The notes below the pieces were generated by a model. That model was not told the DNA's origin. It ran no database searches and saw nothing but the letters and a program-made list of their open reading frames with translations. The position numbers and the translations under genes were made by a program. Positions 49,788-60,705 of a stretch of 64,000 nucleotides of DNA are shown here, piece by piece. Each line of letters starts with the position of its first letter. Within the stretch, counting starts at the first letter, position 1. Origin of the DNA: Arsukibacterium sp. (GTDB lineage Bacteria; Pseudomonadota; Gammaproteobacteria; Enterobacterales; Alteromonadaceae); NCBI RefSeq assembly GCF_033722355.1, contig NZ_JAWVZF010000001.1, positions 1,785 through 65,784 of the forward strand, given 5' to 3'.

Positions 49788-50842
49788 CAGCCAAAAACCT
49801 GGAATAGTTCGGCTTCAGTGACATCTGCAACCAGGCTGGCACGGCCAATCGCTGGCAGTAAGACAAAGCGCATCTGGCCGTCTTTGACCTTTTTATCTGT
49901 TTTCATAAACGGCAGAAAATCGGCTATCTGCATCTGCTCAGGCACACTGACCGGCAATCCAAATGACTGCAGGGCCGAGCGAACAGTAGCAACCTGTTGC
50001 TCATTCAACCAGCCCCGATGAGCTGACAATTCTGCAGCCATCACCATACCGACCGCAACAGCCTCACCATGTAACCACTTACCATAGCCCATAAACGCTT
50101 CAATAGCGTGGCCGAAGGTATGCCCAAGATTCAGTAAAGCCCGCTCTCCTTGCTCAGTTTCATCGCGACTGACGATAGCGGCTTTCATCTGACAGCAGTG
50201 GCGGATCATCCGGGCCAGACACGCTGGCTGTTGCTGACAAATCTGTTCACTGGATTGCAGCAGCCAGTCTAAAAAAGCTGCATCACCAAGCAAGGCATAT
50301 TTAACCACTTCCGCCATACCGGCGGCAAATTCACGCCGTGGAAGGGTTTGCAGGGTAGCCGTACTGATCACAACCTGTTCAGGCTGTTTAAAGGCACCAA
50401 TCATATTTTTGCCAAGTGGATGATTGACAGCTGTTTTGCCACCCACTGAAGAGTCAACCTGAGAAAGTAAGGTAGTGGGAATTTGCACAAATTGAACACC
50501 GCGCTGATAGCAGGCGGCAACAAAACCGGTAAGGTCACCAATAACACCGCCACCAAGCGCAACCAGCAACACGTCACGCGACATCCCTTTTTCAAGTAAA
50601 AAGGATAAGATGGTTTCAAAAGACGCCAGTGTTTTGAAGGCTTCACCGTCTTCAATCAAAATATGCGATGGCGGGTAATGGAAAAGTGACTTAGCCTGCT
50701 CTAAATACAACGATGCCACGGTAGGGTTGGAGACAATAACCACGTGCCGGCGGCCGGCAAGGGATGCAGGTAAGGCAGTAAAACCGTCATCAATAACTAT
50801 CGGGTAGCTGCGATCGCCAAGTTGGACTTCAACTTTTTGCAT
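49787..50842 (-). CDS. aroB: 3-dehydroquinate synthase
   Basis: DGEAFK, ALGGGVIGD, PTTLLSQVDSSVGGK, NLGHTFGHAIE, HGEAV. Confidence 0.98.
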   Translation of the reverse strand: MQKVEVQLGDRSYPIVIDDGFTALPASLAGRRHVVIVSNPTVASLYLEQAKSLFHYPPSHILIEDGEAFKTLASFETILSFLLEKGMSRDVLLVALGGGVIGDLTGFVAACYQRGVQFVQIPTTLLSQVDSSVGGKTAVNHPLGKNMIGAFKQPEQVVISTATLQTLPRREFAAGMAEVVKYALLGDAAFLDWLLQSSEQICQQQPACLARMIRHCCQMKAAIVSRDETEQGERALLNLGHTFGHAIEAFMGYGKWLHGEAVAVGMVMAAELSAHRGWLNEQQVATVRSALQSFGLPVSVPEQMQIADFLPFMKTDKKVKDGQMRFVLLPAIGRASLVADVTEAELFQVFG

Positions 50843-50861
50843 TTGCAGCCCCCCGTATACG

Positions 50862-51380
50862 TTAGAAACCCAATTGATCAATTATCTGGTTTGCGACAGC
50901 CCGGGCACTTTGCTCATCGGTACGAACGGTAAAGTCAGCAATTTCCTCATAAAGAGGATTTCGCTCGGCGGCAAGGCGCTCCAGCACTTCACGTGGCGCC
51001 TCTTCTGTTTGCAGCAAAGGCCGGCGTTTATCGCGTTGGGTTCGGGCAACTTGTTTCTCAATGGGTGTTTCCAGATAAACAACAATTCCTCTGGCTGACA
51101 AACGGTTGCGGGTTTCCTTACTGATTACCGAACCACCACCTGTCGCTAAAACAATACCTTGTAATTCAGTTAAATCTGAAATGACTGTCTCTTCGCGAAC
51201 TCTGAAACCCTCTTCACCTTCCAAATCAAAGACCCAGGCTATATCCGCACCCGTGCGGCGCTCGATTTCCTGATCTGAGTCATAAAAGTCAAGATGAAGC
51301 ATGTCTGCTAAATGACGTCCAATGGTGCTTTTGCCTGCGCCCATTGGGCCAACAAGGAAGATATTACGTTTTTCTGCCAT
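50862..51380 (-). CDS. aroK: Shikimate kinase I
   Basis: [33 protein letters not shown]. Confidence 0.98.
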   Translation of the reverse strand: MAEKRNIFLVGPMGAGKSTIGRHLADMLHLDFYDSDQEIERRTGADIAWVFDLEGEEGFRVREETVISDLTELQGIVLATGGGSVISKETRNRLSARGIVVYLETPIEKQVARTQRDKRRPLLQTEEAPREVLERLAAERNPLYEEIADFTVRTDEQSARAVANQIIDQLGF

Positions 51381-51462
51381 ATGTCGTAGTGCTAAATCAG
51401 CTTACTCAATGAAAAGTTGAATTCAAGGACCAAAAGGCTCCCGCGAAAATTTGAAGCGCTGA

Positions 51463-51492
51463 ATTATGTCAGGAATGGCCTTTCGTTGGCAA
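51463..51492 (-). promoter_or_regulatory. Putative aroK (dam superoperon) promoter
   Basis: TTGCCA-N18-CATAAT with an extended -10 TG. Confidence 0.45.
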
Positions 51493-51507
51493 GTTAAATC
51501 TGACTTA

Positions 51508-51536
51508 ATGCGGGAGCGTTTGACCGGCTCCCGCAT
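51508..51536 (-). terminator. pilMNOPQ terminator hairpin
   Basis: ATGCGGGAGC-9nt-GCTCCCGCAT, 10 nt after the pilQ stop. Confidence 0.6.
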
Positions 51537-51546
51537 CAGATAACGA

Positions 51547-53613
51547 TTACTGGCCTTCGGTCAGAATCTTCGGAGTAACAAAAATAAGAAGTTCATTTTT
51601 CTCATTAACGTCACGTTTTGACCTGAACAAAGCACCAACATAAGGGATATCACCAAACATCGGGACCTTAGACACGGTAGATAAAATTTGCTGCTGATAA
51701 ATCCCGCCCAGCACTATGGTTTCACCATTATCAACCAGCACCTGAGTTTGAATTTGCTGAGTATCAATGGCTGTCGCAGGTCCGGTTGGCGTTTGTACCG
51801 TCTCACCGCGGGTATTCTGGGTAATCACCAGATCCAGAATGATTTTATTATCCGGAGTAATTTGCGGCGTGACAGTCAGACTTAGCACAGCTTTCTTAAA
51901 TTCAACAGTGGTTGCACCGCTGGACGCTGCCTGAACATAGGGTATTTCAACACCTTGCTCGATGCGGGCTTCTTTCTGATTAGACGTAGTTATCCGCGGA
52001 CTGGCGATAATTTCACCTTTATTCTCCTGCTCTAATGCTGATAGTTCAAGATCCAGAAGCGTGCCATCGGCTAATCGGGCCACATGGAAAGCAATACTGC
52101 CAGCCGGATTCTGAATAGGCAGGTTTACATTCCAGCGATCGTCCAGCGCCGGGAACTGGCCGGTAGAAATCGTGTTAGCGCCGTTAGCATTACCTGATAC
52201 ACCACGGTTACCGCCGCTGGTGCTTTGCTGATCACTGAAACCCCAGCGGATACCCAGCTCGTCAGTCACGCTGTCACGTACCGTCACCATTCTTGATTCG
52301 ATCAGCACCTGACGAACCGGTACATCGAGCCGCTCAATCAGCTTGCGGACGCTTTCGATATTCTTGGCCGTATCTTTAATTAAAATGGTGTTCGTCCGTT
52401 CATCAACTACCACACTACCGCGGCTGGATAGCAGGGTGGCGTCTTTGTTGGCCAGCAAACCTGCCAAATCGGCTGCTTTAGCATAGTTAATAGTCAGATA
52501 ATCAGAATACAATGGCTCCAGCTGTTCGACCTGCTGTTTCGCTTCCAATTCACGGGCTTCCCGGGCTGACAGCTCTTCGGTCGGTGCAACCATCAGGATA
52601 TTACCATCCATCCGTTTGTCCAGACCTTTCACCCGTAATACGATGTCAAGTGCCTGATCCCACGGTGTGCCATCCAGGCGCAGAGTGATATTACCCGTTA
52701 CGGAGTCACTGGTAACCAGGTTAAAGCCGTTATAATCTGCAATAATCTGTAACACAGTTCTGATAGGAATATCCTGGAAATTTAATGAAATCGGCCGCCC
52801 TTTATATTCACGCCCCCCACCTAAAATACTGCGGTTCGTGGTATCGCGCTCAATATTTAACGTGAAAATATTATCTATCTGCTGATAAGTATAGGTAAAG
52901 GCATCACTGGTCGAAATCTCCAGTCTGGCAGACGCGCCGTCTTTAAAGGTTTCGATGCCGGTAACGATAGTACCAAAGTCCATAACATCTAACTGATACA
53001 GCAACTCATCAAGAATATCAGTATTATGAAACTCAACAATCAGTTTTCCTGCACGCTCAGTGACATCTACCGCTGCTGTATTTTCCCGAAGGAACACTAA
53101 AACGCGGGCTTCACCTTCTTCACCGCGCCGAAAATCAATCGCCTGTATCCGGTTGATGTATGTCGGAACAACATCTGCAGCCTGACCAACCTGCTGCGCA
53201 GTCGGATTATCAGAGATGTGCATATAAAATACGTTACCGCGTACTCTGGTACGGTAAATTTTCAGATAGTCCAGATAGATAGTTGACTTAAAACCTTCAC
53301 CAAGAAACTCAGATTTTATTCTTTTTACCCCGGCTTTATCGATTAATACTTCTTCCAGCTTTTCCTCATAATCGGAATTATCAAAATAGAGTTCGATCCG
53401 CGCGGGCTCGTTAAAAACCTGAATGCTGGGATCGGTGTAGAGATCTTCATCGAAAATAAATTCGATCTCCGTTTCGCCGGTGAGCAAGGGGTTATACCTG
53501 ACATCGTACAGCAATGGGACTGCTGCTGCTGGCAAAGCTAACAACAGTAACGCTGCCAGACATAGCCGGGTGCCGGTGATTCCTCGTGAAATTCTTTTGA
53601 TTATTTTATCCAT
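51547..53613 (-). CDS. pilQ: Type IV pilus secretin PilQ
   Basis: AMIN-like N domains, ISLNFQDI, PWDQALD, DERTN, QVLIESRMV, KVPMFGDIPYVGALF, ELLIFVTPKI. Confidence 0.96.
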   Translation of the reverse strand: MDKIIKRISRGITGTRLCLAALLLLALPAAAVPLLYDVRYNPLLTGETEIEFIFDEDLYTDPSIQVFNEPARIELYFDNSDYEEKLEEVLIDKAGVKRIKSEFLGEGFKSTIYLDYLKIYRTRVRGNVFYMHISDNPTAQQVGQAADVVPTYINRIQAIDFRRGEEGEARVLVFLRENTAAVDVTERAGKLIVEFHNTDILDELLYQLDVMDFGTIVTGIETFKDGASARLEISTSDAFTYTYQQIDNIFTLNIERDTTNRSILGGGREYKGRPISLNFQDIPIRTVLQIIADYNGFNLVTSDSVTGNITLRLDGTPWDQALDIVLRVKGLDKRMDGNILMVAPTEELSAREARELEAKQQVEQLEPLYSDYLTINYAKAADLAGLLANKDATLLSSRGSVVVDERTNTILIKDTAKNIESVRKLIERLDVPVRQVLIESRMVTVRDSVTDELGIRWGFSDQQSTSGGNRGVSGNANGANTISTGQFPALDDRWNVNLPIQNPAGSIAFHVARLADGTLLDLELSALEQENKGEIIASPRITTSNQKEARIEQGVEIPYVQAASSGATTVEFKKAVLSLTVTPQITPDNKIILDLVITQNTRGETVQTPTGPATAIDTQQIQTQVLVDNGETIVLGGIYQQQILSTVSKVPMFGDIPYVGALFRSKRDVNEKNELLIFVTPKILTEGQ

Positions 53614-53631
53614 GATATACTCGCACACCTA

Positions 53632-54168
53632 TCAATTACTCGTCATTGCTGTATTTTCGACCATTTGAATCATGGTAGTCCGCTCTTTCCAGCAACCTGC
53701 CCCGTCCGGGATCAACTCTAACAATTCAACATGGGTTGGCTCTACACTGATAACCCGACCATGAAATAAACCAACATAATTATTTAACGTTATCCGGTGC
53801 AGCGTTTTATCAGAAGCCTCAATTAATGCCCAGATATTACCGGTATCTCCCAGAGTGCCGCGCATTTTCAGGTTGTCCAGCGCATATTTTTCTAGGGGCT
53901 CTTTGCGCCGGCGCGGGTCCGGATGCAAACAATCCTGCACCTGCAAGAATCGATCCTGAACTGCTTCAGGCCGTGGCTCCGAAAAAGGGCTACGGGTATT
54001 TTGCGCTGCATAAGCAATATGCTCGAACTCTTTCACCTCTGGCAGGGGCTCAACCCGGGGTTGAGTACTGGCCTTAACCTGATCCATATGTGCCTGTACG
54101 TCGCTTAAGTCATCAAAGCAACCCGTCAATACAGTTGCAACAGAAACAGCTATGATGAGTTTTCTCAT
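53632..54168 (-). CDS. pilP: Type IV pilus assembly lipoprotein PilP
   Basis: Lipobox LTGC, RSPF, RRKEPLEKY, G...ELIPDG.GCW.ER. Confidence 0.93.
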   Translation of the reverse strand: MRKLIIAVSVATVLTGCFDDLSDVQAHMDQVKASTQPRVEPLPEVKEFEHIAYAAQNTRSPFSEPRPEAVQDRFLQVQDCLHPDPRRRKEPLEKYALDNLKMRGTLGDTGNIWALIEASDKTLHRITLNNYVGLFHGRVISVEPTHVELLELIPDGAGCWKERTTMIQMVENTAMTSN

Positions 54169-54764
54169 TGCGCCGTCTCCTTGTAACGATAAGTTTTAGC
54201 GGTAACATTGAAACGTAACCGGTCATTCTCAGCCGTTTGAATTGAGAAGTCATGTAAGCTTACTATCCGGGGAAGTTTCGCCACCTCACTGACAAAATTA
54301 CCAAATTGATGGTAATCACCAATAACGTCTATTTTAATCGGCAGCTCAGTATAAAACTCTTTCTCTATTTCTGGCTCCCAGTTTATCCGCAGGAATGTCA
54401 AACCACTGGTTGTGCCAACATAGGTAATGTCATCCAGCAAACCAGGTGTCTCATGAGTAGTGGGTAACTGCTTCAGTAAAAATGAAAAAGTATTTTCCAT
54501 TTCAACCATCTGCTGTTTGTATAAATCCAGATTAACTGCTGATGCATAGCGGGTTCGATAAACCTGCCTTAACTCGGTTTCTTTTTGCTTAGCACTGTTT
54601 AATTCGTCAATTTTACTGTCAATCAGCAAAAAATAACTCAGGGTGCCAACCAGAACCGCCAAAATAATGGCGAAAATGACTTTAGCGGCGACAGGCCACG
54701 ACCCCATATTTTCGACATCAAGATCATTAATATCAATTTCAGACAAATTGAAGTTCATGCTCAT
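54165..54764 (-). CDS. pilO: Type IV pilus assembly protein PilO
   Basis: NMGSWP, LLKQLP...PGLLDDI, FYTELPI, YHQFGNF, AKTYRY. Confidence 0.94.
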   Translation of the reverse strand: MSMNFNLSEIDINDLDVENMGSWPVAAKVIFAIILAVLVGTLSYFLLIDSKIDELNSAKQKETELRQVYRTRYASAVNLDLYKQQMVEMENTFSFLLKQLPTTHETPGLLDDITYVGTTSGLTFLRINWEPEIEKEFYTELPIKIDVIGDYHQFGNFVSEVAKLPRIVSLHDFSIQTAENDRLRFNVTAKTYRYKETAQ

Positions 54765-55357
54765 CTTGCACCACCTTCCGCAGCGGGTTTAACAGGCTGA
54801 CTTTCCTGAACTGCTTCATAGCCTTTAACGGTAAGATGCATTTTAAAATTACTCAGTAACCGGGATTCTTCTTTACCAGCTTCAATAAACTCAAGCAGCG
54901 GACTATCCAGTAATTCAGATTGTTCCGCATCCCGCAGCATGGTCGACAATCGGTTGTTAGATTCACTTCGGCCAATTAACAATAAATTTGAGCCCTTTTT
55001 CTCTAACTGAGTCAGATAAATGCCTGATGGCACCACCCTGGCAATTTCAGACATGATTTCTGTACCCAGATTACGACTACCCTGCAGTTGTTCAATCAGA
55101 CTCATCCGTTGTTGTAAACTGCGCTTAGTCTCGTTCAGGTTGCGTATTTCAGCAATTTTCTGATCCAGAATCTTGATTTCATTTTCCAGATAGCGATTAC
55201 GCTGATACTGACCGTCAATCATGCTGCTATAAACCATATTGATCAGAAAAAACACCAGAAAACTGAATACAGCTGTCATAGCCAGAATGGTCACATACTG
55301 CTTTTGTTTTTCTTTGCGCGCAGCTTCACGCCAGGGCAGTAAGTTTATATATGCCAT
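54761..55357 (-). CDS. pilN: Type IV pilus assembly protein PilN
   Basis: INLLPWRE N-terminal motif, TM helix, LIEQLQ. Confidence 0.94.
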   Translation of the reverse strand: MAYINLLPWREAARKEKQKQYVTILAMTAVFSFLVFFLINMVYSSMIDGQYQRNRYLENEIKILDQKIAEIRNLNETKRSLQQRMSLIEQLQGSRNLGTEIMSEIARVVPSGIYLTQLEKKGSNLLLIGRSESNNRLSTMLRDAEQSELLDSPLLEFIEAGKEESRLLSNFKMHLTVKGYEAVQESQPVKPAAEGGAR

Positions 55358-56424
55358 GATGAAAAACTCCGTAAGGCAAGACCGCTGGCTACCATCAACT
55401 GCGGCGCGCTTTTATTTAACTGCTCGCGATCAACTGACGTCGCAACTTCGATCGTTTTAAAGGGATTAGCCACCACAGTATGGATGCCAAGTTCATCTAT
55501 CAGCAGCTTGTCGATCCCTTCGATTAATGCGGTACCACCTGAGACAATCAGATAATCCACTGCGTCCCGGCCGCTGCTGGTTAAATACATCTGAATACCG
55601 CGGCGAATTTGCTGCAATAACATTGTCTGAAACGGTGCCAGTACTTCAAAAGTATAGTTCGGCGGCAAATCACCGCTGACCTTTGCCAGTTCAGCTTCCT
55701 CGTAGCTTTTGTTGTAATAAGACAAAATACTGCGGGTATACTGTTCTCCACCAAACGCCTGGTCACGGGTATACAGGGTTTTACCCTTTTCAACGATACT
55801 AAGCAGAGTCATCGTGGCGCCAATGTCCACCAATGCGACAACTTTGCCTGCAGCATCATCTGGCAGCTGACTAAGACACAATTCAGAGGCCCTGCTCAGG
55901 GCGTAACTTTCTACATCAACCAGCTTGGCAGTGAAGCCACCGTTATCAAGTGCCGCCACCCGGGCCTCGACACTCTCGGTGCGGGCAGCACTGAGTAAGA
56001 CGTTAACTTTAGACGGGTCTGATTCGTTAACATCCAGTTTCTCGAAATCCAGGCTAACTTCGTTCAATGGATAAGGGATTAACGTATCAGCCTCGACTTG
56101 GATCTGACTTTCCAGTTCAGCATCTGTTAATGACACATCCATAAAGATCACTTTGCTGATCACGGTGGATCCGGATACTGCTGTCGCCGCGAATTTGACT
56201 GACTTGGGGATCTTCTTGCGGATCTTGCCGATCACATTAGCGACGGCTTCAATATCCTGGATCTCTCGATCAGCCATCGCGCCTTTGATCATCGGCTCGA
56301 CAGCAAAGGCTTCCACCTTGTACTGGCTACCATGCTGACTTAACAGCATAGCCTTGACGGAGTGAGCGCCGATATCGATGCCGACCATCATAGGTGTTTG
56401 TTTACTGAACAGGCTTTTTATCAT
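55345..56424 (-). CDS. pilM: Type IV pilus assembly protein PilM
   Basis: Actin-like fold: GIDIGAHSVK, VDIGATMT, FGGEQYT, SGGTA, ASGLALR. Confidence 0.95.
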   Translation of the reverse strand: MIKSLFSKQTPMMVGIDIGAHSVKAMLLSQHGSQYKVEAFAVEPMIKGAMADREIQDIEAVANVIGKIRKKIPKSVKFAATAVSGSTVISKVIFMDVSLTDAELESQIQVEADTLIPYPLNEVSLDFEKLDVNESDPSKVNVLLSAARTESVEARVAALDNGGFTAKLVDVESYALSRASELCLSQLPDDAAGKVVALVDIGATMTLLSIVEKGKTLYTRDQAFGGEQYTRSILSYYNKSYEEAELAKVSGDLPPNYTFEVLAPFQTMLLQQIRRGIQMYLTSSGRDAVDYLIVSGGTALIEGIDKLLIDELGIHTVVANPFKTIEVATSVDREQLNKSAPQLMVASGLALRSFSSWHI

Positions 56425-56577
56425 AGCTTCCTGTGGCCATTTTATAGTTATGATTCTTATTGTCGTATTCTTAGCTCAGACGCTATTTTTTAGCAAGAAA
56501 AAGCGTTTCATCGACAGCCAATAAATATATACTAGCAGCGTTGTAAAGTAATTGGGAGTAAAAATTGGGGTTATTCA

Positions 56578-59205
56578 GTGTCTTGGGTTAAAAAACTTTT
56601 AATAATCTGTCTGGCTGGTTTTTTCGCTGGGATCCTGACGATCGTTGCGATGTATTTTTATGTCCGCAATGATCTGCCTGACGTGGCAACCTTAAAGGAA
56701 GTAAAGCTGCAAACCCCGATGCAGGTATACACGGCTGATGGTCAGCTGATTTCGCAGTTTGGTGAGAAAAGACGGATACCATTAAAACTGGACGAAATGC
56801 CGCCTTTACTGATTCAGGCCTTCTTAGCTATTGAAGATACAAGGTTTTATGATCATCCAGGTGTAGATATTATTGGTATTATGCGTGCGGTTACCGTGGT
56901 TGCATCGTCAGGTGACTTCAGCCAGGGGGCCAGTACTATCACCCAGCAACTGGCACGTAATTTTTTTCTCAGCCGCGAAAAAAAGATCATCCGCAAAATA
57001 AAAGAAGTTTTTCTGGCGATTAAAATAGAGCAGCTGCTGGAAAAAGATGAAATTCTCGAACTTTATCTTAACAAAATTGAACTGGGCCACCGCTCTTTCG
57101 GCGTTGGTGCTGCTGCCCAGGTTTATTTTGGCAAAACTGTGAATGAACTTACTCTGGATGAAATCGCTATTATCGCTGGTTTACCAAAAGCACCTTCTAT
57201 TCTGAATCCTGTCCGTTCACCGGCCAATGCCCGGAACCGCCGCGATATTGTGCTCACCAGAATGCGCGCCCTTGATGTTATCAGCGAGCAGGATTACCGC
57301 AATGCTCTGGCTGCGCCCATCACCAGTAAACTCCATGGTGCCCAGATTACAGCGTCAGCCCCTTACATAGCCGAGATGGTTCGCCAGCAAATGGTAGAGC
57401 GATTTGGTGAAGAAGCAGCTTATTCCGAAGGTTACAAAGTTTACACCACCATTCTGAGCCAGCATCAGCAAGCCGCCAAGCGTGCCTTACAACAAAATTT
57501 ATACGACTATGATGAACGTCACGGCTATCGCGGGCCGGTAGCGCGGCTTTGGCAAGCCGAGCTTGATAACAGCGTTGCCAGTTCAGAGGCAGATGCACCA
57601 CCTGTATTTAATGAGTCAGAACGGCCAGAAAGGACAGCAATCCTTGCTTACTTAACACAGCAGCAGGGTATTGAGGATTTGTTACCGGGTGTGGTGCTGA
57701 CGGTGTTAAATAACAGTGCCGAAGTGTTGCTGGCCGGTGATCAGGTGATTACGTTGCAGTGGGACGGGATAAAATGGGCCAGGGCCTTTATTACTGATGA
57801 GCGTCAGGGAGTAGCCCCGAAAAGCGCTGCAGCGGTGCTGGCACCCGGCATGCATATTCTGGTGCGCCAACAGAATGATCAATGGCGGCTCAGCCAGATC
57901 CCTGCGGCCAGTAGTGCTCTGGTTGCCTTGGATCCACAAGACGGAGCTATTCAGGCATTGGTTGGAGGTTACAGTTTCAGTCAAAGCCAGTTTAACAGGG
58001 TAACCCAGGCAAAACGCCAGGTTGGTTCCAATATTAAACCCTTCATTTATTCAGCAGCACTGGAAAAGGGTTATACCCTCGCTTCTATTATGAATGATGC
58101 GCCTATCCATCAATGGGATGACAATGCTGGTATTGCCTGGCGGCCGCGTAATTCACCGCCGGTGTATGATGGACCCATCCGGATCCGCGAGGCACTGGCG
58201 AAGTCTAAGAACGTGGTATCTGTCAGATTATTACGGGGCGTGGGAATAGATGAGAGTATTCAGCATCTGCAACGTTTTGGCTTTACCGCCACCGATTTGC
58301 CCAGGAATGAAACCCTGTCACTAGGATCTGCTTCTTTAACACCACTGGAGCTGGTAACCGGCTACGCTGTATTTGCCAATGGCGGGTTTCTGGTGACTCC
58401 TTTTGTGGTAGACAAAGTGCTTAATGAACAGGATGAAGTGATATATCAGCATACACCGCAAATTGCCTGTTCAGGCTGTCTGGCGCAGGATAATGCCAGC
58501 AAAGCGCTTGCTGCTGAACCCCAGGTATCGCCGGATGTCAGTAGTGAGCAGCAGCTTTATGAACTGTTTAACGACGTGCAAGCGCAAGTGCCTGCAACCG
58601 CTGAACAGTCAGAACCGTTAATGGCTGAGCAGGTTATCAGCAGTCAGAATGCGTTTTTAATTGCCGATGCACTGACCAGCAGTGTCTGGGGTGGCGGTGA
58701 CTGGCGTCAGGGTACAGGCTGGAACGGCACGGCCTGGCGGGTGCAGCGTTTAAAGCGACGCGACATTTCAGCGAAAACCGGCACAACCAATGATTCAAAA
58801 GATACCTGGTTCTCCGGCTTTACCGCGGCAACCGCTGTTACTACCTGGGTCGGCTTTGATGACGCTAACCGCAGCCTCGGTCGCGCTCAGTGGCATGCTA
58901 ATATGGGCCAGGACCAAAGCGCCGGTACCGAGTCGGGAGCCCGCACCGCCCTGCCCGCATGGCTGGATTACATGGCGCAGGTGTTGCCTGATTACCAGGA
59001 GCAACAGCTGCAACCACCGACGGGGCTGTCATCCGTCAGAATAGACCTGGCCACCGGCTTACTTAGCCGAAGTACTGACCATACCAGTAGTTTTGAGTAT
59101 TTTAAAATAGGTACTGAACCGACCCAGTACAGCCAGAGCAGTGTGCAGCAGATCCCATTTGATAATGATAAAAAAGCTGAACCAGATGAATCTGAATTAT
59201 TTTAA
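56578..59205 (+). CDS. mrcA: Penicillin-binding protein 1A
   Basis: TG motifs EDTRFYDHPG, GASTITQQL, RKIKE, LYLNKI; TP motifs SNIK, SKN, KTGT; divergent from pilM. Confidence 0.96.
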   Translation: MSWVKKLLIICLAGFFAGILTIVAMYFYVRNDLPDVATLKEVKLQTPMQVYTADGQLISQFGEKRRIPLKLDEMPPLLIQAFLAIEDTRFYDHPGVDIIGIMRAVTVVASSGDFSQGASTITQQLARNFFLSREKKIIRKIKEVFLAIKIEQLLEKDEILELYLNKIELGHRSFGVGAAAQVYFGKTVNELTLDEIAIIAGLPKAPSILNPVRSPANARNRRDIVLTRMRALDVISEQDYRNALAAPITSKLHGAQITASAPYIAEMVRQQMVERFGEEAAYSEGYKVYTTILSQHQQAAKRALQQNLYDYDERHGYRGPVARLWQAELDNSVASSEADAPPVFNESERPERTAILAYLTQQQGIEDLLPGVVLTVLNNSAEVLLAGDQVITLQWDGIKWARAFITDERQGVAPKSAAAVLAPGMHILVRQQNDQWRLSQIPAASSALVALDPQDGAIQALVGGYSFSQSQFNRVTQAKRQVGSNIKPFIYSAALEKGYTLASIMNDAPIHQWDDNAGIAWRPRNSPPVYDGPIRIREALAKSKNVVSVRLLRGVGIDESIQHLQRFGFTATDLPRNETLSLGSASLTPLELVTGYAVFANGGFLVTPFVVDKVLNEQDEVIYQHTPQIACSGCLAQDNASKALAAEPQVSPDVSSEQQLYELFNDVQAQVPATAEQSEPLMAEQVISSQNAFLIADALTSSVWGGGDWRQGTGWNGTAWRVQRLKRRDISAKTGTTNDSKDTWFSGFTAATAVTTWVGFDDANRSLGRAQWHANMGQDQSAGTESGARTALPAWLDYMAQVLPDYQEQQLQPPTGLSSVRIDLATGLLSRSTDHTSSFEYFKIGTEPTQYSQSSVQQIPFDNDKKAEPDESELF

Positions 59206-59254
59206 CGGCTGGTTATGTCCGTTGTAACAGGGAAGTCCAGTTAGCGCTAATATG

Positions 59255-59283
59255 AAACAGGCCGGTTGCATACCGGCCTGTTT
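59255..59283. terminator. Bidirectional terminator between mrcA and argH
   Basis: AAACAGGCCGGT-TGCAT-ACCGGCCTGTTT with A/T tracts on both sides. Confidence 0.8.
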
Positions 59284-59314
59284 TGATTTACTGATTCAGG
59301 GCGAATAGTGCTCG

Positions 59315-60700
59315 CTACGCCAGTATTTTATCAAACCACTGCTGAGCCTCAGCCAGTGCCTGTGCTACCTGCTGCGGTGCCGTGCCACCTAACGCACAAC
59401 GCCTTGCCATCCCCGCTTCCAGCGTCAGTGCCGGATAGACATCAGCTGAGATTAGCTTACTGACCTGCTGTAACTCATTAAGACTAAGCGCCTCCAGCGG
59501 CACGTGTTGCTTTGAAGCAACCAGCACCAATTCCCCTGCGCATTCATGTGCATCGCGAAACGGCATACCTTTACTGACCAGGTAATCCGCTAAATCGGTT
59601 GCGTTGCTGTAGCCCAGCTCAGCAGCCTTGCGACACTGATCCGGATTAATACTCAGATGAGGAAGTACCGTTGCCAGCACCAGCAATGATTGCTGCCAGC
59701 TAAACATCAGGTCAAAGAAACCTTGTTTGTCTTCCTGCATGTCCTTGTTATAAGCCAGTGGTAATCCTTTGAGCACATGTAGAATTGCCACCAGATGACC
59801 CAGCACCCGGCCGGTTTTACCGCGAAGCAATTCAAACACATCAGGGTTTTTCTTTTGCGGCATCAAGGACGAACCAGAGCTTATCGCATCACCAAGCTTA
59901 AAAAAGCCAGCTTCACCTGAGCAGAAGAAAATCACATCCTCAGACAACCGTGATAAATGAGTCATGCATAGACTGGCCGCTGCAGAGAGTTCGACCAGGT
60001 AATCACGGTCAGATACGGCATCCAGACTGTTAACAGCAGCCCGGCTAAAACCAAGTTCTGATGCCAGAGCCTGCCGGTCAATATTTACTCCCGTGCCGGC
60101 AAGTGCACCACAACCTAATGGGCAGTTGTCCATTCTTGCTACCGCATCATCCAGCCGGCCTAAATCACGCTTAAACATTTCCACATAAGCCAGGGCCCAA
60201 TGAGCGACCAACACAGGTTGCGCCCGTTGCAGGTGAGTAAAACCCGGCATCACTGCCTGCCCGGCTTTTTCAGCAAATTCAAGTAAGGCTGCAATGGCCC
60301 CCAGCAAAGATTTGCGTACCGTGCCTGCCTGCAATCGGGTCCATAACCTTAAATCGGTCGCTACCAGGTCATTGCGGCTGCGGCCGGTGTGCAGTTTTTT
60401 TGCTACATTACCCAGTTTTGCTGTCAGCTGGCTTTCCACCCAGCTGTGAATATCTTCTTCACGGGTTTGCAGCGGCAATTGCGGATCAGCTTCAGTTGCT
60501 TCAGCTAATTCCGCCAGCCCGGCGTCCAGTTGCTTCGCTTCAACGGCTGTAATAATTCCGGCCTGCTGCAGACCTTTAGCCCAGGCTCTTGACGCAGCGA
60601 TATCCTGCTGCGCCAGTAAATAATCGAAACTGAGTGAGTCATTAAAATCACGAAACTCACTTAAGGTCGCCTCGGTAAAACGTCCTCCCCACATTGCCAT
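59315..60700 (-). CDS. argH: Argininosuccinate lyase
   Basis: MWGGRF, HTGRSRND, GFTHLQRAQP, GSSLMPQKKNPD, AYNKDMQEDK; no ArgA fusion. Confidence 0.98.
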   Translation of the reverse strand: MAMWGGRFTEATLSEFRDFNDSLSFDYLLAQQDIAASRAWAKGLQQAGIITAVEAKQLDAGLAELAEATEADPQLPLQTREEDIHSWVESQLTAKLGNVAKKLHTGRSRNDLVATDLRLWTRLQAGTVRKSLLGAIAALLEFAEKAGQAVMPGFTHLQRAQPVLVAHWALAYVEMFKRDLGRLDDAVARMDNCPLGCGALAGTGVNIDRQALASELGFSRAAVNSLDAVSDRDYLVELSAAASLCMTHLSRLSEDVIFFCSGEAGFFKLGDAISSGSSLMPQKKNPDVFELLRGKTGRVLGHLVAILHVLKGLPLAYNKDMQEDKQGFFDLMFSWQQSLLVLATVLPHLSINPDQCRKAAELGYSNATDLADYLVSKGMPFRDAHECAGELVLVASKQHVPLEALSLNELQQVSKLISADVYPALTLEAGMARRCALGGTAPQQVAQALAEAQQWFDKILA

Positions 60701-60705
60701 AACGG